Of a DNA stretch of 64,000 nt, positions 27,778-41,273 are shown piece by piece. Source of the DNA: Eledone cirrhosa. Lineage: Eukaryota. Location of the stretch: NCBI GenBank assembly GCA_964016885.1, contig OZ024745.1, positions 34,472,001 to 34,536,000 on the forward strand, read 5' to 3'. Numbering within the stretch: the stretch's first letter is position 1; the number at the start of each line of letters is the position of its first letter. The position numbers and the translations under genes are program-made. The notes under the pieces are model-generated. The model ran no database searches, was not told where the DNA came from, and worked only from the letters and a program-made list of their open reading frames with translations.

Positions 27778-29490
27778 GTAGAAGGGGTATTTAATTTGTT
27801 GGAAATCCGACAAATATAAATATAAATGTTTATAAATGATATAAAGCACTCAACAGTTTCCTGGATTAAATATTCAATGATATTAAATAAATGGAAACTA
27901 TATTTATAAAACTATATTCATTTTATTATATGTATTTCAAGGGTACCAAAACACTTTGGTACGCTTTCTTCAGATGAAATACAAAGTTTGTTTTATAAAT
28001 AGAGACATGCCCAGGAAAATCATACCTTATCATATTGGATATTCTCTGGATAGTGGAAATGTATTAGGAATTTTTCAAACTTATGGGTGAATATGCAAAT
28101 GAATATGTAAATAATTGAAAAACAACCGTTTATTTAAACGACTATGGAGAGAGAGAAGAGAGAAGAGAAGAAAAGGACAAAATAGTGAGAGAGTGAGAAA
28201 GAAGAAGAAAAAAGCGAAGATGAATAAAAAAAAAACTCATATAACGTTAATTTGAGGGAAATATATTCAAACAATTATCTAGGTATATATCTTAAGTATA
28301 TATCTTAATAGTATGTGTATTTATATTAAAAGGATATTTTACGATTATTAGTTTGTTTATAATATAATATTTTTCTTCTCTTATAAGTAGATAAATAAAT
28401 AAATAAATAGATGAGTACATCATGTTATAGATAATTGTTCTAATGAGTTAGGAGGGATATTGGTTTTGTATTTTATGTAAATAAATATTTATTTAAAATT
28501 AAATTGAATTAAATTAAATTAAATTAACTGAGTTAAGTAAGAATATTTATATTTATATGATTGAAAAGGGAAGATAAGGAAAAAACTCCGGTTTTATTTA
28601 TTTATTGGTTAGTGTGAGACTATTTAGTCAAAATAGTATGGATGTTTAGCGAGAATCAGTTAGTGAAAAAATATTGAAAAAATATTGAGAAAATATTGAA
28701 TAAATATTGAAAAAATTTAAAAGAATTTTGAAAAGAATTTTGAAAAGAATTTTGAAAAACTTTTTGAGAAAATTTTAAATAAATAAAAGAAATATAATTT
28801 TTTAAGAGATAAGTAATTTTTAAAGAAATAAAAAGTCATTAAAATTAAAATAAAAAAAAATTAGAATTATATGAAATAAAAAGTCATTAAAATAAAAATA
28901 AAAAAAAATTAGAATTATATGAACATTTTTAAGAAGTGGAAGTACAGCAAATGTTAGAGATATTATGATTTAGAGATATCAATATATTAAAACCACGTAG
29001 ATGAGATTTTTATGGAGATTACTAGGAATATTATAAGTATAATTATAATTTATATATTGAATTCTGGCGATGTCTACAATAATTAAATGAGTTCGTTCTT
29101 AGATTAATAGAGTTTTTACAGTTAAGTATATGAAGAATTTCCTCAATACACAATTTGCAGAATCTAGAAAAAGCTGTGTTACAGTACGCGGGTGCTTATG
29201 AAACTGTTTCCCAACCTTTTTTCCTTCTTCTTTCTCTCACTCTCTTTCTCACTATTTTGTCCTTCTTCTCTTCTCGCTAGTCGTTTAAATAAACGGTTGT
29301 TTTTCAATTATTTACATATTCATTTGCATATTCACCCATAAGTTTGAAAAATCCCTAATACATTTCCACTACCCAGAGAATATCCAACTGATAAGATATG
29401 ATTTTCCTGGGTAAGTCTCTATTTATAAAACAAACTTTGTATAAATATAGTTTTATAAATATAGTTTCCATTTATTTAATATCATTGTAT
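27775..29490 (-). mobile_element. 5'-truncated Penelope-like element: ORF C-terminus, 3' pLTR with HHR, inverted pLTR copy upstream
   Basis: Minus strand 29195-29060 translates APAYCNTAFSRFCKLCIEEILHILNCKNSINLRTNSFNYCRHRQN, comparable to ARSYNGNKRPCDLCAAEALEIIY...LNKKSEAISACKHK in the 50132 ORF. 27875-28215 is inverted at 29218-29490. (TA)n flanks. Confidence 0.8.
27919..27978 (-). ncRNA. Minimal hammerhead ribozyme in PLE 3' pLTR
   Basis: Minus strand: TTTCAT-CTGAAGA-AAGCGTACCAAA-GTGT-TTTGGTACCCTT-GAAA-TACATA-TA-ATAAAA. Confidence 0.75.
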
Positions 29491-29502
29491 ATATATATAT
29501 AT

Positions 29503-29820
<318 letters not shown>

Positions 29821-30028
29821 TGTATAAAATGAGTTAGGAACTCAAAATAGTCTCTTACAACAAAATAGCTCTAAGAAATTTTGTATTTATTTTCTTAATT
29901 TTTTCTTAAATTGGGACAAGCGAACCCAATTGTCTATAGTTAGTATTCTTTATACGTTAGCGAATCAGGTCCCTTACGATTTGAACACATATTTATATAT
30001 ATCTGTGTTCGCTTTTCTTTTATATTCT

Positions 30029-30089
<61 letters not shown>

Positions 30090-30181
30090 ACACGCCCCGC
30101 ACGCAGTCTAGTATTGCCTATGTGAAGTGACCGAGTTTTTTGCGCATGCGCGTTCGTACGGTTGTCCTTCCTCTTCCTATA

Positions 30182-30239
30182 ACCATACACATCCCCAGCT
30201 GAAGATCCGCGAAGGTGAAACAATTGTTCTCGGTATGGT
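30182..30239 (+). ncRNA. Minimal hammerhead ribozyme in a (TA)n-flanked insert (30085-30337)
   Basis: ACCATAC...CCAG-CTGAAGA-TCC-GCGAA-GGT-GAAA-CAATTG-TT-CTCG-GTATGGT. Palindromic stem III ACAATTGT. Confidence 0.75.
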
Positions 30240-30332
30240 GAAATAACTGTTGTCTAACCACTTCTACCTAACTCAACTCGTCCCTTGGACTGAGTGCTCT
30301 ACCACTACGGATATTACCTTCCAGTGTTCCAC

Positions 30333-30383
<51 letters not shown>

Positions 30384-30516
30384 GGTTTGTGGTTCACCAC
30401 TGTATAGAGCTGGTCTATTCCGTATGGTCAATCGTAATGTAATAATATAGAGAGTACTCAACGTAAAGCAGTTCAACCGTCTTTGTTTTTGTAGTTGGTG
30501 GTGCTATTACGGAGTT

Positions 30517-30870
30517 AAATATTATAATGAAATGAAAGGAGGCTGGATTTGTGTAAATCCTTGAAAGGTTTATTATACTATGATCATTTCAATGACCGGG
30601 TTCCGTATGAATCCGGTGATATCATCAGGTATTCGAAATATAATGCGTGAATGTAATAGATAAAATCCATGGGGCTGAAAATCGAGGACCCGAGGGCGAC
30701 CGCTATCTTGCGATTTTCAGCCCCATGGATTTTATCTATTACATTCACGTATTATATTTCGAATACCTGATGATATCACCGGATTCATACGGAACCCGGT
30801 CATTGAAATGATCATAGTATAATAAACCTTTCAAGGATTTACACAAATCCAGCCTCCTGTCATTTCATTA

Positions 30871-30877
<7 letters not shown>
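30517..30877. repeat. Fold-back palindrome (~168-bp arms, 26-nt spacer) carrying an HHR in each arm
   Basis: Plus strand 30763-30820: ATAC-CTGATGA-TATCACCGG...CCGGTCATT-GAAA-TGATCA-TA-GTAT. Mirror copy at ~30575-30632. (TA)n on both sides. Confidence 0.9.
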
Positions 30878-30940
<63 letters not shown>

Positions 30941-31952
30941 AGAATGTATTTATGTATGTATATAAACGTATATATATATGTGTATGTGTATTTGATTAGG
31001 CGGAAATAAATATGGAAAGTTAAAGAGTTCATTATATGATGTAACAATAAGTGTATTATTGTTTAAAGTGGCGGAATCATGCGTGTCTATAGCTTGATGG
31101 AGAACTAGTTATTAGCTAAGTGTTGTAATAATCTCTTCTAGATAAATGTATATGAACAGATAATGAGTTTAATATACTGAGGTATAAAAGATAGCAATAA
31201 GGATTAGGAGATAAGGGGTTCAATCGCAGGATCATATACAGCTCTAGGCCGCCACAGCGTCAACTAATAAGCAGCTTTCCTGATAAACATATTCCTTTTT
31301 AATTAATGTTGATACGAATATTACTAAAAGAAATTCTCATCTGTAATAGACAGGCCTTTCTCCCCATCATAGAAAGCTATTTAATACAACCAGTCTTAAA
31401 TCGAAATGCCGATATATGTTTAACATGAGAAATGTAAATGTAAACAAACTGTGCTAAATGTTGCTACTTACATATGCAAAAATCACTGAAGCGATTGTAT
31501 ATGTAGTAGAAATTCATCTCACCAATCCAAATCAAGTCCAGGTATGAACGAAATTAGATTCAAACAACGATACTTTAACTACATTTCTTAGTTTATTATT
31601 ATACAATGGAGGAATACGTCAAATCTATAGAATTATCTACGGTACTTGAAATAAGCTTCAGATTTCAATATTGTGTGTAAATTTCACTGAGAAGCAAACC
31701 ATAGAGAAATGGCTCACGTTGGTGCCAGTTATATAATGTTGAGAAGAGACTCGAAATAAGGACAATAAGGACATAACTGCAACTGATTGCTTTGTATTAT
31801 ATCAGCAATAATTATATTCTCTATTTTCGTTTACATGTTTAACCCTAATAAATGCATTCTTGATTTATCTACGGACCTGTTATTTTTATCTAAAGACATT
31901 TTTTCCAATTCTAACCCACCCGTCCCCTCAATCTATCTTATTTCTCATTCTT

Positions 31953-31988
31953 TCTTCTGATGAAGGACTAGCGTCCGAAACGTTAAGA
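31953..31988 (+). ncRNA. Minimal hammerhead ribozyme (PLE pLTR type)
   Basis: TCTT-CTGATGA-AGGAC-TAGC-GTCC-GAAA-CG-TT-AAGA. Degenerate relative at ~45214-45250 (CTGATAAAGGATTAACGTCAGAAACGTTAA). Confidence 0.8.
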
Positions 31989-32135
31989 CCTTCTTCCTGC
32001 TGCTATATCAAGCGTGAACCTAATATATCCCTTCCGTATACTGTACCGACTGTGTTGTTATTTATGTTTACCTTTTACACACACACACACATACGCACAC
32101 ACGCACACACACACACACACACACATACACACACA

Positions 32136-32255
<120 letters not shown>

Positions 32256-32361
32256 TAGTATATCTACTAACATATATATACAGATGCATACCTATGCCAG
32301 CAAATATATAGGTTTTGTCTTAGTAACTTTGTGGTTCAATGCATGGGGATGCAGAACAATA

Positions 32362-33090
<729 letters not shown>

Positions 33091-33611
33091 TTATATATAT
33101 ATATACATATCAACGATATATACATAGATATCAATGACGAGCATTTCGACATTTTCAAATCTACTGACAGATTCTCTCTTTCGTTTTCTCCTTCTCCTAC
33201 TCCTCACTCTCTCTCTATCTATCTATCTCCCTCTGTATCCCTGTTTCCCATTTAACCCCTCACAATATTCCTATAAACAATAATGCACTCATGCTAAGCA
33301 ATATTTTCACATCTAACGATGAATACTTATTTTCGTATTATTTTTACATTGCTTTTGGGCTATTTTCTCCCATTTATGAGACTTTATGTCCTTTACCCTC
33401 CATATATTTTAAGAAATTTCAAAGTGAATATTTCTGATCACTCAAGGGAAAGAGTTGGCCTTCAAAAATATGGATACATAAGATATATAATTTTCTTCGT
33501 GTAAACACCAATCTTTTTAAACACCTATTACCTTTTTACACACACACACACACACACATATATACACATGCACACATACACATATAGACGCATACACACA
33601 TATATATATAT

Positions 33612-33713
<102 letters not shown>

Positions 33714-33804
33714 CTGTGTGTATATATATACACTAATGTCTATGTGCATATATATGTATATGCTAATGTGTATGTGCATATATCATATATAGAAATATAC
33801 ATGT

Positions 33805-33852
<48 letters not shown>

Positions 33853-33942
33853 AAGTTAAACAAGGTTCAATGGATACATCAAAGAATGAGTTTTACAATA
33901 GATTTGAAGCACTCAGCTGTAAAGGTTTTCCAGAGTTATTAA

Positions 33943-34740
33943 TATTAATTCAAAATATTAACAAGATAGATATTCTTGTGATCAAGTATATTTTATTATA
34001 CATATTTCAGAGGTACTGAGTTAAGTTCAACAGTACGTCCTCATCAGATAAAATAAGATGATGCATGACATACCCTGACATAGTAGATGGTTAAGATTCA
34101 GTCATGGTAGTTATTAATATATGACAAACCTCAATATTCATACCCTAATATTGAGAACATGATAAAATTATATAATAAAAACAATAGAGAGATGCGTGTA
34201 ATACAGCTTAAAAAATACATGACATCAATATAAGAGTTAAAAAATTTTTTTTTTTTAAACTACTGAAGAAAGAGGAAAGAAAGGAAAGCATAGAGGAAGA
34301 AACAGTTGATGGGATCCTATATTTAATCATCTTTCATTTGTTTTTCGAGAAACCTACTAAATATAGTATCCCATCAGATGTTTCTTCCTCTATGTTTTCC
34401 TTTGTTTCCTCTTTCTTCAGTAGTTTATAAAAAAAAACAAAAAAAACTGTTATATTGATGCCATGTATTTTTTAAGCTGTATTACACGCACCTCTCTATT
34501 GTTTTTATTATATAATTTTATCATCTTCTCAATATTAGGGTATGAATATTGAGTTGTGTCATATATTAATCACTACCATGACTGAATCTTAACCATCTAC
34601 TATGTCAGGGTATGTCATGCATCAGCTTATATTATCTGATGAGGACGTACTGTTGAACTTAACTCAGTGCCTCTGAAATATGTATAATAAAATATACTTG
34701 ATCACAAGAATATCTATTTTGTTAATATTTTGAATTAATA
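33943..34740. repeat. Fold-back palindrome (~385-bp arms) with HHR in each arm
   Basis: Arms 33943-34326 and 34358-34740. Plus strand TTAT-CTGATGA-GG...CCTCT-GAAA-TATGTA-TA-ATAA at 34632-34690. (TA)n flanks. Confidence 0.9.
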
Positions 34741-34750
34741 TATATATATA

Positions 34751-34863
<113 letters not shown>

Positions 34864-35525
34864 CATCTGTTACTGCCACCAAACTATGAAATCAAATGTA
34901 GATTGTAAATACAATAAACAAAGATTTAGTAAACAATAGGTAACGATGTATGAAGGAAACCTGAGTGAAATTACAAATATATATATTTAATGGAATAGCA
35001 ATTAAAATCTATGTTGCTTTCAGGCGCTAGACAAGGAATGTACTTTAAGAAAATGTATTGCAATCCAAGTATAACCTCTTGTTAAGATACTCTAATTCAT
35101 TTCCTTCATTCTAGATCCTGCATTTCTTAATATTAAATAGAAAAGTCTTTCCATTAGTAGCTGCATCTTAAGAGAATAGATAACATGTTCTAAGTATATG
35201 TAGAAAGTGATCAATTTATTTGGATTAACTAAAATAAAAACTATTTAGAGTGACATAAATATGATTTTGGTGGCATATCTATATATTGGTGTTCTATATA
35301 TATAGATAGTCATATCGCTTGTATGTACATGGTCTTATAGTCTTTTATACTGTTACTGGTTTTAGTAGTTAGTTAGTAGCCATACTGGGCATCATCTTGA
35401 TTAAAAATGGTCATCTCGAGCCCATGGTTTATTTTCATCATGTGTAGAACTTATTATATCAATTGCTTTTCTCAAGCTGTTAAACGCAGAAACGTAAACA
35501 GAAAAACAAACGTAAACACAGCCTA

Positions 35526-35643
<118 letters not shown>

Positions 35644-35867
35644 CATATACATACATATATATATACATACATGGATATACATACATATTTATACATACAT
35701 GCACACATACATATACATACACACGCATATGCATACATACATATATTTGTTTACATCCAATCTGTTCGCTATAGACTCCTAATCCAAAAGGAATCTGCGG
35801 GTAAGGACACTTTTTTCTCTCCATAGGGGTATTTTAACCAATTTCCTATGCTAATCTTTAATGTAAT

Positions 35868-36101
35868 ATAATTGTTTCTACATTTGGCACAAGGCCAGCA
35901 ATTACCCAGTACATTACTAGTATTTTATTTTATCGACCCCGTAAGGATGAAAGACAAAGTAAACCTCGGCGGGTTAATGTAATATAATTGTTTCTACTTT
36001 AGGCACAAGGCCAGCAATTACCCAGTGCGTTACTGGTACTTTATTTTATCGACCCCGTAAGGATGAAAGGCAAAGTCAACCTCGGTCGGATTTGAACTCA
36101 G
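35868..36101 (-). mobile_element. Two tandem 3' halves of the main SINE
   Basis: Units 35868-35973 and 35984-36101. TTAATGTAATATAAT is repeated three times at the junctions. Confidence 0.85.
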
Positions 36102-36724
36102 TTAATGTAATATAATGTCGCTACATTATATTTGTCATTTCTACATTTTGTAAAAAGGAATTTTGATGGCCCAGCACTTCGATATTTTAATGGAATATTG
36201 TTTATATCGACGATATTATGTATAGCTATCTAATTCAGACGAAATCCCTCGTTAGAAGTCTCCTAGCATAATGGTTAGAGCCCTCAGTCGCCATTTGAGA
36301 AACACAGAGTTCGATTTTTAGTAGCGGCAGTTCACTAGGTTTTCACCTCCAGCGTGGGTGCGCAGCAAACTTCTTAAACATACATCTATGCCTGTATAAA
36401 TGTTATAAACGTATCTGGAAAGAATAACTTATTGACACAATATATGTGATTATGGTGACAACTTGTATACTTAAAAATGGACTACACATAGTCGGGTTGT
36501 TTGTATCTATATACATGTAAGTGCATATATTATGTAAAACTATATTTTGTTTTAGATTATATACGAGCATGCATGTCTGAGGGGTTAAGAAGTGTGCTTC
36601 GCACGTTTCTCTATTAAGGACGGCAGAACCGCACCCTTTTCGTGTATTTTCTACTATACCCTCCCGTTGACAATATTTTTGAAGTTATCATCATCATTAT
36701 CATCATTTAATATGCATATGTATA

Positions 36725-36771
<47 letters not shown>

Positions 36772-36800
36772 CATGCATACATATATATATGTATATGCCA

Positions 36801-36869
<69 letters not shown>

Positions 36870-36876
36870 AATATAT

Positions 36877-38370
36877 GGCAACCGCTCTTTCAAACCAGTT
36901 CCTGTACACAGCTAAGTATTCTATAAGTCTCTAGCTGTGTCATTCTCGATAAAAGCACTGGATATGTAGTCCTGAAGATTTCTAACAAGAATGAAACGCG
37001 TAGATTACTTCCCTTGCTTTTATCGAGAATCTAATTGTAATACGTGACGTATTCTATTCTATAGCGATTAGGTCTTCAAAATGTTTATTATGAACATACA
37101 GAATATTTTCGAATATTCTATGTCTATATTCACATATATATCGCTATTTCAGAGCATTTATTCCAATTTCTAATTTCTGCCGGACCGGCAACCGCTCTTT
37201 CAAACCAGTTCCTGTACACAGCTAAGTATTCTATAAGTCTCTAGCTGTGTCATTCTCGATAAAAGCACTGGATATGTAGTCCTGAAGATTTCTAACAAGA
37301 ATGAAACGCGTAGATTACTTCCCTTGCTTTTATCGAGAATCTAATTGTAATACGTGACGTATTCTATTCTATAGCGATTAGGTCTTCAAAATGTTTATTA
37401 TGAACATACAGAATATTTTCGAATATTCTATGTCTATATTCACATATATATCGCTATTTCAGAGCATTTATTCCAATTTCTAATTTCTGCCGGACCGGCA
37501 ACCGCTCTTTCAAACCAGTTCCTGTACACAGCTAAGTATTCTATAAGTCTCTAGCTGTGTCATTCTCGATAAAAGCACTGGATATGTAGTCCTGAAGATT
37601 TCTAACAAGAATGAAACGCGTAGATTACTTCCCTTGCTTTTATCGAGAATCTAATTGTAATACGTGACGTATTCTATTCTATAGCGATTAGGTCTTCAAA
37701 ATGTTTATTATGAACATACAGAATATTTTCGAATATTCTATGTCTATATTCACATACATATCGCTATTTCAGAGCATTTATTCCAATTTCTAATTTCTGC
37801 CGGACCGGCAACCGCTCTTTCAAACCAGTTCCTGTACACAGCTAAGTATTCTATAAGTCTCTAGCTGTGTCATTCTCGATAAAAGCACTGGATATGTAGT
37901 CCTGAAGATTTCTAACAAGAATGAAACGCGTAGATTACTTCCCTTGCTTTTATCGAGAATCTAATTGTAATACGTGACGTATTCTATTCTATAGCGATTA
38001 GGTCTTCAAAATGTTTATTATGAACATACAGAATATTTTCGAATATTCTATGTCTATATTCACATATATATCGCTATTTCAGAGCATTTATTCCAATTTC
38101 TAATTTCTGCCGGACCGGCAACCGCTCTTTCAAACCAGTTCCTGTACACAGCTAAGTATTCTATAAGTCTCTAGCTGTGTCATTCTCGATAAAAGCACTG
38201 GATATGTAGTCCTGAAGATTTCTAACAAGAATGAAACGCGTAGATTACTTCCCTTGCTTTTATCGAGAATCTAATTGTAATACGTGACGTATTCTATTCT
38301 ATAGCGATTAGGTCTTCAAAATGTTTATTATGAACATACAGAATATTTTCGAATATTCTATGTCTATATT

Positions 38371-38380
<10 letters not shown>
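36877..38380 (+). mobile_element. Non-LTR retrozyme-like tandem array: 4.85 x 310 bp, each unit with a type I hammerhead ribozyme
   Basis: Units start at 36877, 37187, 37497, 37807 and 38117, identical except one visible substitution near 37757. Each has GTAGTC-CTGAAGA-TTTCTAACAAGAAT-GAAA-CGCG-TA-GATTAC. No ORF. Embedded in (TA)n. Confidence 0.9.
36966..37008 (+). ncRNA. Type I minimal hammerhead ribozyme (copy 1 of 5; others at +310, +620, +930, +1240)
   Basis: Stem I GTAGTC/GATTAC, extended by ATTCTCGATAAAAGCA/TGCTTTTATCGAGAAT. Core CUGAAGA and GAAA; stem II TTCT/AGAA; palindromic stem III ACGCGT. Predicted cleavage after GUA at 37002. Confidence 0.88.
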
Positions 38381-38429
<49 letters not shown>

Positions 38430-38455
38430 CATGCATACATGTATATATGTATATG

Positions 38456-38495
<40 letters not shown>

Positions 38496-38538
38496 CATAT
38501 ACATATATACATGTATGCATGTATTATATATATATATA

Positions 38539-38736
38539 AAGGCGGTGGATTGGCAGTATCAGTAGAGGGTCGGACGCCATGCTTTGAAGCATAGAGTTAC
38601 CTCCCTGTATGATCTGAGTTCAAATCCCGCCGAGGTTAACTTTGCCTTTCATCCTTCCGGGGTCGATAAAATAAAGTACCAGTAATGCACTAATGCACTG
38701 GGTAATTGCTGGCCTTGTGCCAAAAGTAGAAACAAT

Positions 38737-38738
<2 letters not shown>
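38539..38738 (+). mobile_element. tRNA-derived SINE (main family)
   Basis: Family consensus. Confidence 0.9.
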
Positions 38739-38767
<29 letters not shown>

Positions 38768-39404
38768 GTATATATATATTATAATATATATAGTATATAT
38801 ATATATATAATATATATGTGTTGTGTGTGTCTGAGTCTGTATGTCTACCGGTTTCTCTGTGTGTGTTTATCCGTAGGTTTGCCGTTTTTATTTTGTCTAG
38901 GTGTTGATGTTCCATTACCTATCGGTTTGAATACAAGAAATTGTTGACATAAGTGGGAAACTTGAACAGGACATCGTACTAAGTATTGGGATCGATATGA
39001 CATTCAAAGTCAAGGCGATGGCCCAGCATGGCCACAGTCTAATGATTGAAACTCGTAAAAGAAATACAAAATACTTGAATAGAAGAACACATATTTTACA
39101 ATATCTGTTAAGTTTTAATTAATTTTCCATGTGTCACGTTTAGTTATTGCTGCAAGCTCCTAATTGATGTCGAGAAATGTGATATATTTGAAGGCGGACA
39201 ATAGTTAAGTGCGTGAAATTTTATACTAATTAAAGACAAGGCTCTTATTTCTTGCCTTTCCCCATATAACATATATAACATGTATATGTCTAATACTTTA
39301 CATTAAGGAAATGAGTTTTAAAAAGCAAAACTAAAATGTTCAATAACAGAATCCCACAGAAATATATAAATATATAAAGGTATAAAAGAATGTATGTATG
39401 TATG

Positions 39405-39483
<79 letters not shown>

Positions 39484-39763
39484 TTATACATATGTTTGTG
39501 TTTCTGTGTATGTGTGTGAGAAAGTGTATCTACTACAGAAAGCTGCTAAGAGATCTGAAAATCACTTGAAAGCATATTTGGCAAGGCCTTTTATGTCATG
39601 GAACTTCTGATATGATCAATGCATCAACTTTATTTAGTACAATCTTGTATTTATATCCGCGTATGGAAGTCAGTAAATGAGAATTGTAAGGTTAAACAGA
39701 GGTTTCTTACGGATTAAACCATTAGATTTGGATCTATTTGTGTATATATATATACATACATAC

Positions 39764-40340
39764 ATGGGGGCTGCCAACTCGTTTTCGAGTACGGCCACTA
39801 CTTTATATCCATGTAGGAGAACCCCTACCGATGCGCTGAACGAGTGTGACTTTTTATTCCAGCCAGCGACTTGAAAACTCTGGTACAAACAGTACACCTG
39901 TGACAACTATTGACACATACTGCTGGGCCCATGGTACCATGTGACGACAAGTGCAGAGAGATCTCCAGATATAAAGCAATACCTGTGCCGTGAAGCTTTT
40001 ATAGTGAGCAAAGGCACTGCACAAAGCCAGTCCCTCTCTCTTAACCAAGATGATATTTACCAAAAAGAAGAACAAGTCAACATCATTGGATACCATCAGG
40101 GTTGCAGGTTTTATATCAGAGTTTTCCTTCTCCTAGAATTCTGCCTTGACAAAGGCTAAGGGGTCAGCTCTCCCGGTGATTTTGGATGGCCATTGACTCT
40201 TAAGAGCTCCTTTGCCCTTTGACAGGTTTTTTTTTTAGTCCAGCAGGATGTCCAAAGTCACCCTCCTCACCAAGAAACCTTGGTGGGGTTGCCAGTTTAG
40301 TCGCCAACGACCCGACCATGGGACAGGTTGTACTGTGATA
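39764..40340 (-). mobile_element. ~575-bp non-autonomous interspersed repeat, probably RTE-derived (second copy 49131-49706)
   Basis: Highly similar end to end to the reverse complement of 49131-49706. Contains TTAGCCTTTGTCAAGGCAGAATTCTAGGAGAAGGAAAACTCTG, resembling an RTE 5'UTR/Ceph-domain motif. (TACA)n flanks. Confidence 0.75.
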
Positions 40341-40440
40341 CATACATACATACATACATACATACATACATACATACATACATACATACATACATACATA
40401 CATACATACATACATACATACATACATACATACATACATA

Positions 40441-41061
40441 CAAAAGCTACAGCAATGTGGAAGATATCCATGTACATATTATGAAAGAGTACTGGTGGAA
40501 TGTTCCAGTAAAAACCCCAATAAAATGCAGGCATAACAGACCAGATATTATGGTATGGAACAGGGAGAAGAAAGCATGCGCAGTAGTGGAAATTAGCTGC
40601 CCAGCAGATGCCAATATAATATCAAAGATTAACGAAAAGGAGAATATTTATGCAGAACTGATGAGAAATATGCAGATACTCAACCCTGATTACACCTTCA
40701 GATTTATGCCTGTGATTATTGGGGCACTGGGGTATGTTAGTAACTGCCTCAATACAAATTTTGAGAAGCTAGGCTTCACAGGAACAGAAAGCACACAACT
40801 AGTTATGAAATTATAAGTACAATCCATTAATGGAACAGTAAAAATATGTAAACCATTCCAAAAATGTTGCAGCTCAAAACATCCACATCCACAACTCATA
40901 ACATACACATCCACACATACAATAACATCCATATCTACACATGCAGACATAATCTACCTAGTTGATGTTGTGTAAATTCCATTGAGAGAGTCTTGTGTCT
41001 ATGTTAGAAACCGACTCTCTCTTTATTGGGAGATAATTTGTGAAATTATAAAACCAGAAGA

Positions 41062-41063
<2 letters not shown>
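40441..41063 (+). mobile_element. 5'-truncated R4/Dong-like RLE LINE (endonuclease end + 3'UTR)
   Basis: EYWWNVPVKTPIKCRHNRPDIMVWNREKKACAVVEISCP (PD-(D/E)xK-type RLE). Starts directly after (TACA)n and ends AAACCAGAAGAA-CATACAT. Confidence 0.9.
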
Positions 41064-41116
<53 letters not shown>

Positions 41117-41163
41117 CATATATATATGTATATATATATTATATATATATATATACATATATG

Positions 41164-41261
<98 letters not shown>

Positions 41262-41273
41262 TGTGTATGCATG

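Noticed and set aside
36877-38380. CRISPR array or ordinary satellite
   Set aside because: No repeat-spacer alternation and the context is eukaryotic. The intact HHR and RNA fold argue against a plain satellite.
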